Below, piece by piece: positions 53,227 to 63,552 of a stretch of DNA of 64,000 bases. Source of the DNA: Rhodospirillales bacterium (lineage in GTDB: Bacteria > Pseudomonadota > Alphaproteobacteria > Bin95). Position 1 is the first letter of the stretch, and each line of letters starts with the position of its first letter. The notes under the pieces were generated by a model. The model was not told where the DNA came from, did not search any database, and saw only the letters and a program-made list of their open reading frames with translations. The stretch covers positions 640,001 to 704,000 of the forward strand of contig JAYQLI010000035.1 in assembly GCA_038143065.1 (NCBI GenBank). The letters are read 5' to 3'. Made by a program: the position numbers and the translations under genes.

Positions 53227-54335
53227 TTACACCCTGTAGAGCGAACGGGCGTTGTCTATAAAGAAACTTTGTTTCTGTTCATCGGTAGCGCGAGGAAGGG
53301 GAATACGGGTTGGATCATCAAAATCCCAGTGCGGATAATCCGTTGCAAAAAGTAACTTTTCCCACCCAATCCACTGAATATATCTTTCAAATGGCCTCGC
53401 CGATCTGGTTCCTCAAATGGTTGCGTCGTATACCAGATATGATCTGCCATATATTCTGAGGGAGGGCGTTTAACGTGCAGCAACTCCTCTCTATTTTGGG
53501 CCCATATTCTATCTAAGCGCCATGAGAGTGCTGGCGCCCAGGCAAAACCCGCCTCTACTATTATCAATTTTAATTTAGGCCAACGCTCAAAGACGCCTTC
53601 CATAACCATTGATGTGACAAGAGACTGAGCGGACTGAGAATGTCCCACCATATCTTCGGTATAATAACTAGGCCAGCCACCCCCAGTTACGGGCGTACCA
53701 CCAAAACCAAAGGCATGAACGGCGAGTGGAAGATTAGCTTCCACACAGGCATTAAAAATTGGCCAATATCGTCTATTACCCAAAGGTTCAGAGGTTCTAA
53801 TCAACATAAACGCTTGTATAAAATTTGGGTCGCCTGCTCGGCGCTCAATTTCTTTTGCTGACAGAATAGCGTCTTCATAAGGCAAGCAAACTGAGCCTTT
53901 GAGACGTGCTTCTTTGGATGTCCATTCCGCGATCTGCCAATCATTTATGGCCTTGCAGTACGCAGCTGCAAAATCGGGGTTTTGCAGGCCTTGGCCCGAT
54001 TTGAGGGGATTTAAAACGCCTAATTCAATATTATAGCGATCCAGGTGATGTTTTCGCATAAATTCTAAGTCAGAACCTGGCTTCTCTCCATTAGGCCCAT
54101 AGGCGTCTCGCCTTGCGGCATCTGGCTGCCCTTTTGGATAAGCAGGTCCTGCTTGGTATGGCTGGCGCAGAAGCATCCCATAAGTTTGATAATGGTCACG
54201 CCAGCGCTTTTCCAAAAATGGAAAAATTTCTTTCTCAACTGATTTTGGGCTTGGATGAATATCGCAGTCTGCGATCACTAGCTTTTGATTTGCAGGCATC
54301 GTGGCCGATGCTTTGCCGATAGTTTCGACACTCAC
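53227..54335 (-). CDS. Amidohydrolase-2 protein, probable dinuclear oxygenase subunit (frameshift near 53375)
   Basis: DCDIH, AVHAFG, GWPSYY.E, IVEAG; corrected C-terminus [14 protein letters not shown]...NARSLYRV*. Confidence 0.85.
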
Positions 54336-55402
54336 GTTACGGCCTCCTTCAATCTAGGATAGGTCTTGAGTGGATTATCATAGCACATTTTATTCATTAG
54401 CGCCTCTGAAATGCCATTTGGGATGGCATTTGTACCTTCATAGTGCCAATGAGGGTAATCACTTGAAAAACGCAGCATCTCATCGCTATCAAGGTGATTA
54501 ATCAATTTTTCTAAATCTTCGGGTCTAGGTGGAGCATCTGATGGCTGAATAGTCAGTCGAAGATGGTCTTTAGCAATTTCTAGTGGGTGTCGGTCGACCC
54601 AAGGGGTCTCCATGCGCAAGCCACGCCAGAACTTGCCAAGCCTCCAAAGGTGTGAGGGCAGCCAAGCAAATCCAGATTCTAAAAACACCACCTTCAAATC
54701 AGGAAATTCAGCAAATACACCCTCGGTTATCAAGCTGGTAAGCGTAGTTTGAAATGCTTGAGACTGGGCAGCAGAATCTTCTGCATAGTATGTTGGCCAA
54801 CCTACCGATGTAACCGGATGTCGGTATGCACTTCCGGCATGAATCCCTATTGGCAGGCCACATCTTTCTGCAGCGCGGTAAATTGGCCAATAGCGCCGGC
54901 GCCCGAGAGGCATCTCATCCATAACCAGCATCAGGACCTGAACGAAACGGCTATCATTAGACATCCGCTCTATCTCAGCTGCAGCATAATCAGGGTTTTG
55001 CGGAGGAACAACTATCGAGGCCCGGAGGCGTTCATCCTTGTCTAACCATTCAGATACTATCCAATCATTTACGGCACGAGCAAACGCGTAAGCCATATCT
55101 TCAGTGTATAAAAGTTGCACTCCATAGAGGCAGTTACAAATAGCAAATTTTACTTGGAAGCCGTCCAATGCCTCTTTTTGCAATCGTCCCAAATCCTGGC
55201 CGGCTTTACCTGATTCCGGTTTCCAATCTGGTCGTGCTGTAACGGGTGCATTTTTAGGATAGCTGATAGAGTCCAGTTCATGAACACCTTGTTGCACAAC
55301 CATGTCACGCCAATGATCATCTAAATAAGGCAACAATGCCTTAAGGTTTGGCACAGCTGGATGAATATCACAGTCGATAGCACCGATAGGAGGATGAGGC
55401 AT
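54332..55402 (-). CDS. Amidohydrolase-2 protein, probable second oxygenase subunit
   Basis: DCDIH, GIHAG, GWPTYY.E, FLESG, SSDYPHW; stop overlaps the start of its paralog. Confidence 0.85.
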   Translation of the reverse strand: MPHPPIGAIDCDIHPAVPNLKALLPYLDDHWRDMVVQQGVHELDSISYPKNAPVTARPDWKPESGKAGQDLGRLQKEALDGFQVKFAICNCLYGVQLLYTEDMAYAFARAVNDWIVSEWLDKDERLRASIVVPPQNPDYAAAEIERMSNDSRFVQVLMLVMDEMPLGRRRYWPIYRAAERCGLPIGIHAGSAYRHPVTSVGWPTYYAEDSAAQSQAFQTTLTSLITEGVFAEFPDLKVVFLESGFAWLPSHLWRLGKFWRGLRMETPWVDRHPLEIAKDHLRLTIQPSDAPPRPEDLEKLINHLDSDEMLRFSSDYPHWHYEGTNAIPNGISEALMNKMCYDNPLKTYPRLKEAVT

Positions 55403-55406
55403 TTTT

Positions 55407-56301
55407 TTAGTCCTCTTCTGGGCGAGAGCGCCATTCCTCGGCATCAAACGCAACATGTTCCCCAAAATGATGAATAGTGGTCTCATCAGGAAGTGTTAAT
55501 TTTGAGAACTGTGCATCGGCCGATGAAAGATGAACAACGCGAGACTTTGTCTGAAGCCATTTTGTTGCAGGTAGAAGTGTTGACTGCCGCTGAGTTACGT
55601 CCATCACATAATAATGATGCGGGATGACTACTTTAGGCTTCAAGTGCTCAATTATGCTGTCAATCATTTCAAATCCCATCACATGCTGGCTATCGTCAAC
55701 CGGCAGCAGAACGATGTCTATATCCCCAATCATTTCCCAAATATAATCAGGGGGGTTGTGTCGATTATCACCCCAATGAAGAAAGCGAAGACCACCCGTC
55801 TCAATAACGACTAACACATTATCCCAAGATCTAGGATTATCAGGCGGCTCAATGTTAACTCCATTGAAACGTTTATGAATTAACTTGAAATCGTATAAAG
55901 CTGCACTTGCGTCCGTAGCATGTTTATCGGCAATACCTTCAATTGAAAGGTCAAGAAAACTGTATCTGCCAATTGGCCTATCTAAAAGTACGTTTGCATC
56001 TAATCTATCAAGAGCGTCATGATCAAAATGCGCATGGGTTGAAACCCCTATATCAACACTTGTGAGTGGAATATCTTTAAAATACCAATCCCAGGTTCTA
56101 CTCGGATGATTACGCCAAGGGTCAATCATTACTGTCAGACCTTGCGGTGTTGTCAGTCTGAATGCACTCGATCCAAAATAAGACACTGTTACAGTACCAA
56201 AGTCTTCTGGTCGCCCAATCCCAGCCTGCTGTTTGAGCATCATTGAATTATGATTGCTTGTTCGAAGCCAAGATGTGAGACCTGGAATAGAGCTTACGCA
56301 T
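55407..56301 (-). CDS. Metallo-beta-lactamase-fold hydrolase
   Basis: YFG.SAF, IDPW, STHAHFDHD, HWGD, VIPHHY. Start is uncertain. Confidence 0.82.
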
Positions 56302-56304
56302 GAA

Positions 56305-56995
56305 TTAGTCCTCAAAAATAGCAACTGCTCGGATAGGACTTGCAGTACCCCCGGATCTTCAATGGAAAACCCACAAATCGAAACCGCCCTTCACCGACTA
56401 ACCTTTCTAAATTCCAAAGACACTCAATATGCGTTATTCCTCGCTCTCCGCACGCAAGATGCGCTTTATAATTCGCAGCACCCTCAGGAGCTGGGCTGAT
56501 TGCTTCCACCCCAAATTGACGGATATTTTTGTCTGCAAGCCAATGGACTGAGTTGACATGAAGCCCTGGAAAATCATGCTGATATCCGGGAGTTCCCCAA
56601 AGTCGGGCATTTACTCCCATATGCAGGAGCACGGTATCACCCTCTAGGATTGGCGCTCCAGCAGCTTCCAATGCGGCCTCCATCTCTTCCACTGTTATCT
56701 CATGCCGGAGTTCAACATGAGATAAATCCAGACAAATACCGCCTGTATAAAAATTTTCTAAGGGCATTTCGTCTATAGAGGCCGCTCCAGGCCTAGGGTC
56801 AAAGTGGACGGGTGCATCAATGTGGGTTCCGGCATGATCAGACATAGAAATCGACATCGCCTTCGAAGAAAATTTAACACCACCCGCTTCCTTAACCTCT
56901 TCATGATCATTCCATGTTGTCATTACCACTGGAGGATGCGCAGGATGGGCGGGAGTTCGATGGTATATTTCTCGTGAAAGATCGATAAAACGCAT
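56305..56995 (-). CDS. Cyclase family (kynurenine formamidase-like) metal hydrolase (frameshift near 56350)
   Basis: IDLS, HAGTHIDAP.H (HxGTHxDxPxH), HIE.L.NL, corrected C-terminus PLKIRGGTASPIRAVA. Confidence 0.9.
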
Positions 56996-57026
56996 ACAGT
57001 ACTCCATTAAATTCAGAATAAGATTA

Positions 57027-57044
57027 TTGTCATAAAGCTTACAC
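57027..57044 (+). promoter_or_regulatory. Candidate Pho box (PhoB site) upstream of phnN
   Basis: TTGTCAT-AAAG-CTTACAC versus consensus CTGTCAT-N4-CTGTCAY (6/7 and 5/7), about 50 bp upstream of phnN and on the same strand. Confidence 0.5.
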
Positions 57045-57092
57045 AAATAAGATCTAAGCAAGGATCTTCATAATAGTGAAGAGTGAACGAAA

Positions 57093-57674
57093 ATGTCTGG
57101 CCTAGCGCCATTAGTTTTAATTGTGGGGCCAAGTGGGGCCGGAAAAGACACCCTTTTAGAAGGAGCTAGTCAGGTCCTAGCACCGACCGGACAATTTTAC
57201 TTTTCGGGACGGAAAATAACGCGCCCCGTTTCCGCGGAAGGCGAACAACACACTGAAATAAGTCGAACAGAATTCAATCAAAAGGAAGCTGAGGGAAAAT
57301 TTCTTCTGTCCTGGCGAGCCCATGGTAATTGCTACGGCGTACCGAACACACCATCAGAGGAAATGAGACAAATTGGCAAAACGGTGGTGGCAAGCGTTTC
57401 CCGCTCCGTAATAGATGATGCTAGCGCAAGGCATCAGCCTGTCCATGTAATTTACGTTACAGCACCAAAATCACAGCTTGCTAAACGATTAGCTCTCAGA
57501 GGGCGGGAAACGGAGGCAGAAATATTGGAAAGGCTTAACCGCGCAGGTGAGCTTGAGGTAAGCGGTAAGAACGTAACAATAATCACAAATGACCAAGATA
57601 TAGAAACAGGTATCTCCAAGATGATAACTGCTCTACAAATTGCCTCAATTTTGGAATGGGAACCGGCGGAGTAA
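57093..57674 (+). CDS. phnN: Ribose 1,5-bisphosphate phosphokinase
   Basis: VGPSGAGKDTL, R.ITRP, W.AHG..YG, RL..RGRE. Confidence 0.93.
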   Translation: MSGLAPLVLIVGPSGAGKDTLLEGASQVLAPTGQFYFSGRKITRPVSAEGEQHTEISRTEFNQKEAEGKFLLSWRAHGNCYGVPNTPSEEMRQIGKTVVASVSRSVIDDASARHQPVHVIYVTAPKSQLAKRLALRGRETEAEILERLNRAGELEVSGKNVTIITNDQDIETGISKMITALQIASILEWEPAE

Positions 57675-58340
57675 TTTAAATGGCGTACCAAGGCCTGGTT
57701 GCTCATATAAGGCCAATCCGGATATTTCTGTTGGTCCAATTACCCCAGCTGTTTGTGCAGCGTCCGATAAAGCTTCCTTTAGCCTGGATCTAAGAGCAAC
57801 TGTTTTCACAGCGTTTGTTAATGTCATATGAAAACGAAAATCCTCTTTAACGTATGGGTAACCCCAGTTTTGAAGATTTTCTTCCTGTCTGGAAGTTAGG
57901 CTGACCGACCGTCGCTTCCTTAGCTCCTCGTCTGTTAGAGGCGAACGATATAGGTCAAAAAACTCTACCGCCTCAGATGCAAGGCTATCCATTTCTGCTG
58001 AGGCATGGCCAAGCGCAAACGCGATAAAGTTTCCAATTTCTGATGGACTAGCCAAGGAACACACAAACGATTTTCTAGCTGATACAAACTCGTCCAAAGA
58101 CTTTATCAAATCCCCCAAATCAAAAGGATTGGATAATCGAAATGGCGGTTTAATTGTTGCATGGAAACCATAAAGACTTGGAGAGCTTGTAAGCTCGTCA
58201 ATATCGACATCTTCGAGGCCAATTATCGATGGTCGCCTTAGTTCTTCACCTGTTTCAACATCCCGCCCCAACCAAGAATTACCAAAGCTCCACAGAGCGG
58301 ATCCACGCGGTGGCGCGAAATAGATTGCATACCGCTTCAT
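57645..58340 (-). CDS. DUF1045 phosphonate-metabolism protein (2H phosphoesterase fold)
   Basis: RYAIYFAP, YGFHATIKPPF, WGYPYV..DFRFHMTLT, with two HxT motifs. Confidence 0.9.
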   Translation of the reverse strand: MKRYAIYFAPPRGSALWSFGNSWLGRDVETGEELRRPSIIGLEDVDIDELTSSPSLYGFHATIKPPFRLSNPFDLGDLIKSLDEFVSARKSFVCSLASPSEIGNFIAFALGHASAEMDSLASEAVEFFDLYRSPLTDEELRKRRSVSLTSRQEENLQNWGYPYVKEDFRFHMTLTNAVKTVALRSRLKEALSDAAQTAGVIGPTEISGLALYEQPGLGTPFKLLRRFPFQN

Positions 58341-59470
58341 GCGGCTTGCACTCCAGACACCCATGTTCCTCTTACGATTGCAGATCTATCTATTTTGCGC
58401 ACACGCACAAGATCCGCACGTTTTCCAACTACAATCTCTCCACGATCAAAGTGACCAAGCATTTCTGCGGGATTTTTAGAAACAGTAGCCACAGCCTGTG
58501 GTAATTTCATTACGTTCAGATCATCCAGCTTAAATGCAGCCTGAATGAGACTAATTGGTGCATAATCTGATGAGAGAGCATCCAGCAATCCAGCCGATGC
58601 CAAATCTATTGCTGAAACATTACCGGAGTGAGAGCCACCACGAGCCACATTCGGCCCTCCCATAACAGTCCTCATACCAGCTTTTTTAGCAGCCTCTGCG
58701 GCTTCCATTGTAGTTGGAAATTCAGAAATCAGAATATTATCGCTAATTGCTTCAAGAACATGATCAGGAGTGGTGTCATCATGGCTAGCAACTGGGCCCC
58801 GACCTTGCCATAGATCTAGAATCTTTCTCCGGTTTGCATTTACATTTTTGCTCGCAGACGCAATACGCGAGGAAACATATTCTTCAAATTCCTTGTCCGG
58901 CATATTTTCATTTTTATAAACCTTAAACGATTTCAAATCGCGCCATTGCCGCTGCCCTGGCGTATGATCCATGAGAGAAATTAATCTCACTACGGGGTCA
59001 TTTGCATAGGGTTTAAATAGCTCTGGAGCGATGTCATCAGCAATTTCACACCTCAAGTGCACATAATGATCGGCGCGAAACAATCCTTCTTGCTTGGCTT
59101 GCGCCACAGCATCCATGACTGTCTTTAGAAGGGCTCGGCGGTAATTCCTATCCAAATACTCTCCAACCGCGATAGCATCATAAACAGTTGTTACCCCGGC
59201 GGCCGTCATTTGCGCATCATGAGCAAGGATAGCTGCCAAGGGTGATGGCCAGAGGATACCAGGTCTAGGTACCATATGCTTTTCGACATTGTCCGTATGA
59301 ATTTCTATGCATCCGGGAAGTAAAAAATCTTTACCAAGATCTTGGGAACCAGCGGGGATTTTATCACCCTCCCAAATTTCTTGAATTTTGCCACCTACTA
59401 CTGAAATTCCACCATGAAACACAGCATCTGCTGTCACAACATGTGCATTTGCCAATACGATATCAGACAT
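58337..59470 (-). CDS. phnM: Alpha-D-ribose 1-methylphosphonate 5-triphosphate diphosphatase
   Basis: PG.IE.HTDN.E.H..PRP, MDHTPGQRQ, ASHDD, EFPTT, GGSHSGN, LSSDY. Confidence 0.95.
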   Translation of the reverse strand: MSDIVLANAHVVTADAVFHGGISVVGGKIQEIWEGDKIPAGSQDLGKDFLLPGCIEIHTDNVEKHMVPRPGILWPSPLAAILAHDAQMTAAGVTTVYDAIAVGEYLDRNYRRALLKTVMDAVAQAKQEGLFRADHYVHLRCEIADDIAPELFKPYANDPVVRLISLMDHTPGQRQWRDLKSFKVYKNENMPDKEFEEYVSSRIASASKNVNANRRKILDLWQGRGPVASHDDTTPDHVLEAISDNILISEFPTTMEAAEAAKKAGMRTVMGGPNVARGGSHSGNVSAIDLASAGLLDALSSDYAPISLIQAAFKLDDLNVMKLPQAVATVSKNPAEMLGHFDRGEIVVGKRADLVRVRKIDRSAIVRGTWVSGVQAA

Positions 59471-60177
59471 CAGGCTGCAGCCTTAAATTGAGAAACATCA
59501 AATAATCGGTCAGCAAAACGGTCACGCGCTATCTCATCATGGCAAATGGCCACTACAGCTGCCCCTCGTTTTTTTGCTTCCAAGATGAGCTCGATAGCTG
59601 CTTCCCTATTTGCAGCATCAAGCGAGGCTGTAGGCTCATCCAACAGTAAAATCGAATAAGGCCGCACAAGCCCCATTGCGATATTAACCCGCTGTTGCTC
59701 ACCTCCGGAAAAGGTTGCGGGCGGAACATTCCAAAGATGTTCTGGAAGATTGAGCCGTCTTAAAAGTCCTGCTGCAGCTTCAATAGCTTCCTCAGAAGAA
59801 CTACCAGCAGCAATTGCCACTTCGGCGACTAGATCAATCGATGAAATTCTTGGGATAACCCGCAGGAACTGACTGACATAACCGATAGTTTCCCGACGAA
59901 TTTCAAGCTTTGTCCTTGCCTCGACAGAAGCAATATCTACCCAATTTTCATGATGATTGATTAGGATTTTCCCTGAAGATGGAAGATAGTTTGCATAAAG
60001 ACTTCTAAGAAGCGTTGATTTACCAGATCCTGAACTGCCAACTAACGCAACACATTCACCTGATGCCACATCGAAAGAGACGTCTTGAAAGACGGGCAGT
60101 TCAATCCCCCCTCGTCCATGCAAAGTAAAAGTCTTATGCAGATTTTGAACCCGAAGCTTTGAAAGGTTTTGAGTCAT
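59470..60177 (-). CDS. phnL: C-P lyase ABC-type ATPase
   Basis: KTFTLH, G.SG.GKS, GYVSQFLRVIPR, PATFSGGEQQRVN. Confidence 0.95.
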   Translation of the reverse strand: MTQNLSKLRVQNLHKTFTLHGRGGIELPVFQDVSFDVASGECVALVGSSGSGKSTLLRSLYANYLPSSGKILINHHENWVDIASVEARTKLEIRRETIGYVSQFLRVIPRISSIDLVAEVAIAAGSSSEEAIEAAAGLLRRLNLPEHLWNVPPATFSGGEQQRVNIAMGLVRPYSILLLDEPTASLDAANREAAIELILEAKKRGAAVVAICHDEIARDRFADRLFDVSQFKAAA

Positions 60178-60946
60178 GCTTGTAAAACCGATGAGACAAG
60201 AAGTTGACTGTAGGGATGCTGAGGGTCATCAAGAACTTGATCAGTTAGACCTGATTCTACGACACGCCCCTGACGCATAACCATCAAACGATCTGATAAT
60301 AGACGCACAACCGCCAGGTCGTGAGTTACAACCACCGCCGCAACGCCTAAATCACGGACCAAACCCCGCAAGAGGTCCAGCAGCCTTGCCTGAACTGTGA
60401 CATCCAAGCCCCCAGTGGGCTCATCCATAAATACCAGTCTTGGCTTAGATACGAGGATACGAGCAATTTGCACCCTCTGCTGCATACCTCCTGAAAAGGT
60501 ACGCGGTAAATCGTCAATACGGCCTGACGGTATTTCAACTCGAGTTAGCCAATCTAGGGATTCCCCACGTATTTCGGAGTAGTTCCGAGCGCCAACTGCC
60601 ATTAGGCGCTCTCCAACATTTCCACCAGCTGACACGTTCATCCGAAGTCCATCGCGGGGGTTTTGCCTAACTATGCCCCAATCTGTCCGCATAAGAAGTC
60701 TTCGTTCAGGCTCTGATAGGCTAAAAACATCGCGAAGCCCCTGTCCACCCGCATCAAAGCGAACAGAGCCTTGTGAAGGTTCAATCATTCCAGAAAGGCA
60801 ACCTAGCAACGTTGATTTTCCCGATCCAGATTCACCAACAACTCCTAAAACCCTCCTGGGTAGAGACGAAAGGAAACGTCTTCACACCCTAGCTGGCCTC
60901 CTGCATACGAATGACCGACGGACTCAGCTTCAAGTAATGCGTTCAT
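60174..60946 (-). CDS. phnK: C-P lyase ABC-type ATPase (frameshift near 60850)
   Basis: GCEDVSF.LYPG, GESGSGKST, RTDWG.V.QNPRDGL, FSGGMQQR, MDEPTGGLDV.VQAR. Confidence 0.95.
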
Positions 60947-60950
60947 TAAT

Positions 60951-61866
60951 TTAGCCCTCCGTCGGAACAAAACCCATATCGGCTGCATCAGAAGCTCGCG
61001 ACCCTGTATGCCCAGCAGCACGACGTTCTCGGCAATGATCACTGTCAGAACACACGAACATATGATCACCTTTGTCATCTAAAATTACCTCATCAAGAAA
61101 TACCTCCTCAGCTCCACAAAGAGCACAAGGTTTATCAAAACGCTGAGGCTTAAAGGGATGATCATCGAAGTCGAGACTACGAACACGTGTGTAAGGAGGG
61201 ATTGCGTAAATTCGCTTCTCTCTTCCCGCTCCAAAAAGCTGTAATGCAGGCATCATCGCCATTTTTGGGTTATCGAATTTGGGAATGGGAGATGGCGACA
61301 TTATGTGTCGAGCATTGACCTCAACCGGGTAGTCATAGGTCGTAATAATCTCGCCATGCCGTGAGATATCTTCGTAAAGCTTTACGTGCATCAGGCCATA
61401 TTCTGAATAAGCATGTAACTTTCTAGTTTCAACTTCTCGAGGCTCAAGTTTCCATAGAGGCTCAGGTTGAGGAACTTGATAAACAAGGATTTTGTTTTTC
61501 CGTTAACTGCTTTTCAGGTATGCGATGTTGAGTTTGTATAAGAGTTGCTTTGTTTGTTTCTTCAGTAGTTTGAACGCCCGCAACACGTCGAAAGAAGCGC
61601 CTAATTGAAACAGCATTAGTTGTATCATCGGCCCCTTGGTCGATAACTTTCAACGTATCGTCACTACCAATTATTGAGGCTGTAATCTGAATGCCGCCCG
61701 TTCCCCAGCCATACGCCATTGGCATCTCACGGCCTCCAAAGGAACCTTGATAACCAGGAACGGCGATCGCCTTTAAAAGCGTCCGCCTTATCATTCGCTT
61801 AGTCTGCTCATCCAGATAGGCGAAATTGTAGGTACCATCTACAGAGTGGAATGCTCATGAATTCAT
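60951..61866 (-). CDS. phnJ: C-P lyase radical SAM subunit (in-frame TGA at codon 4 and frameshift near 61493)
   Basis: YNFAYLDEQTKRMIRR, MP..YGWGTGG (catalytic Gly), DQGADDTTNA, CALC...CSDSDHC cluster motif. Confidence 0.95.
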
Positions 61867-62957
61867 TCAGCTACCTCCTTATCGTGAGTGGTCAACACAT
61901 CCTCACGGAGACCACGGAGTAGAGAAAGCTCAGATTGGAAATCTACATAGTGTGGAAGCTTCAAATGACTTACGAAGCCTGCAGCCTCGACATTGTCGCT
62001 ATGAGCAAGGACAAATTCCTCATCTTGAGGAGGATGAACTCGGTCCTCACCCAGCTCGCTAGCTTTGAGCGCACGGTCAACAAGAGCCATGGCCATCGTT
62101 TTTCGCTCCGATTGACCAAAAGCAAGGCCATACCCTCGAGTAAACATGGGTTGAATATCTTTTGTCCCAGTAAACTGGTTGATCATCTGACATTCAGTTA
62201 CTTCGATTTCACCAATTGAAATTGTAAAGCCGAGCTCTGGTGGCGTGAATTGAACCTCAACAAAACCCATCCTTATCTCGCCAACAAAAGGATGGTTCCT
62301 GCCATATCCTCTCTGCGTGGCGTATCCCAAAGCTAATACAAACCCCTCGTCACCGCGGAATAAGTTTTGTAGTCTCTGATCACGGTTAGCGGGAAATGAC
62401 ATTGGTTGCCGGCCAAGATCAAAAGGCTCAGCCTCAATCTCTTCTCTATTTTCAGCCTGCATGAGGCCCTCTGCGCCTAATATGTCAGTCACGCGAGGCA
62501 TGGTTTGCTCAGTAGCAGTTGCCTCTGGCGCTGATGTAGCATCAGCACTCTTTTTAACGAGATCAAAATCAAGCAGTCGATGAGTATAATCGTAAGTTGG
62601 ACCTAAAATCTGACCACCTGGTATATCCTTAAATGCCGCTGAAATACGCCGACGGATAATCATTTTAGATGTATCTAGTGGCTCAGCAGCACCGAAACGC
62701 GGCAGCGTTGTACGAAATGCTCGGAGAAGGAAAATAGCTTCTACCATGTCCCCTTGAGCTTGCTTGATCGCCAAGGACGCAAGGTCTGGATCATATAAAG
62801 ATCCCTCAGTCATAACCCTATCGACAGCACGTCCAAGTTGGTTTCGCACTTGATCAGTGCCGAGCTCAGGAACAGCAGTATCACCCCTTCTTTCCTCAGC
62901 TATTAGCTCGTGAGTAGCCTCTATGGCTGACTCACCACCTTTGGTCGCAACATACAT
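61863..62957 (-). CDS. phnI: C-P lyase subunit
   Basis: MYVA.KGGE.AI, FKD.PGGQ.LGPT.DY.HRL, H.D.VE..GFV.HLKLPHYVDFQ. Confidence 0.96.
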   Translation of the reverse strand: MYVATKGGESAIEATHELIAEERRGDTAVPELGTDQVRNQLGRAVDRVMTEGSLYDPDLASLAIKQAQGDMVEAIFLLRAFRTTLPRFGAAEPLDTSKMIIRRRISAAFKDIPGGQILGPTYDYTHRLLDFDLVKKSADATSAPEATATEQTMPRVTDILGAEGLMQAENREEIEAEPFDLGRQPMSFPANRDQRLQNLFRGDEGFVLALGYATQRGYGRNHPFVGEIRMGFVEVQFTPPELGFTISIGEIEVTECQMINQFTGTKDIQPMFTRGYGLAFGQSERKTMAMALVDRALKASELGEDRVHPPQDEEFVLAHSDNVEAAGFVSHLKLPHYVDFQSELSLLRGLREDVLTTHDKEVAE

Positions 62958-62961
62958 CGTC

Positions 62962-63550
62962 TCAGACCTCCAGAGGTTGCGCAGAAACCCCGCGCGGTAG
63001 CGCTAGCACTGCATTGTCTGCAAAAAAGAAAACATCAAAGCCCAGTGGGTAGAGAGAATTATTGTCCGCCCAAATCCCCCAAAACTTATTGTTCCCAATG
63101 TCTGGGGCGATTCTGTTGCTCAACTTTATTCCTGGACCAGAAGCATCTATCGGCGCACCATCTGTAAGGCTTTCACACGCAATTAAAAGTGTCGCTGACC
63201 TATCCGGATACTGGTCAGTGCCAATTTTGAATTGCTGGAATGGCGCTGAAGCAACATCAAAAATAATCGCGAAGTCAGCGTCTTCCGGCCTAGGCGATAT
63301 CCGACAGCCCGTAAGGAAATTTCAGGTAATGGAGGGCGTCAGGATCTTCACGGTCAAGCCAGACTGCAACATCACTGTCCAAAAGAGTGAGGCACCCAGC
63401 CGCAAGAGATGATGACCATCCTTTTGGATGCCCCTGCGGCCTTACAACTTCCAGTACCCTCCCGGGAAAAGAGATCGCCTCCATTATAGAGCGAAAAGCT
63501 AACTGCGTTCCAAAAACTGGTTCGTCAAATCCAGCAGCTAAAGATACCAT
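62962..63550 (-). CDS. phnH: C-P lyase subunit (frameshift near 63315)
   Basis: GF..PV...Q..FR....A...PG, LTLLD, GTDQYPDRSATL, YPLGFD, LPR. Confidence 0.9.
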
Positions 63551-63552
63551 CG

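Noticed and set aside
55407-56301. MBL-fold protein as the missing PhnP
   Set aside because: It lies in the cyclase/amidohydrolase operon, separated from the phn genes by phnN, and lacks recognisable PhnP-specific Cys motifs. DUF1045 is the better candidate.
61855-61857. In-frame TGA at codon 4 of phnJ as selenocysteine
   Set aside because: Non-conserved N-terminal position with no Cys equivalent and no evident SECIS; one substitution from a sense codon.
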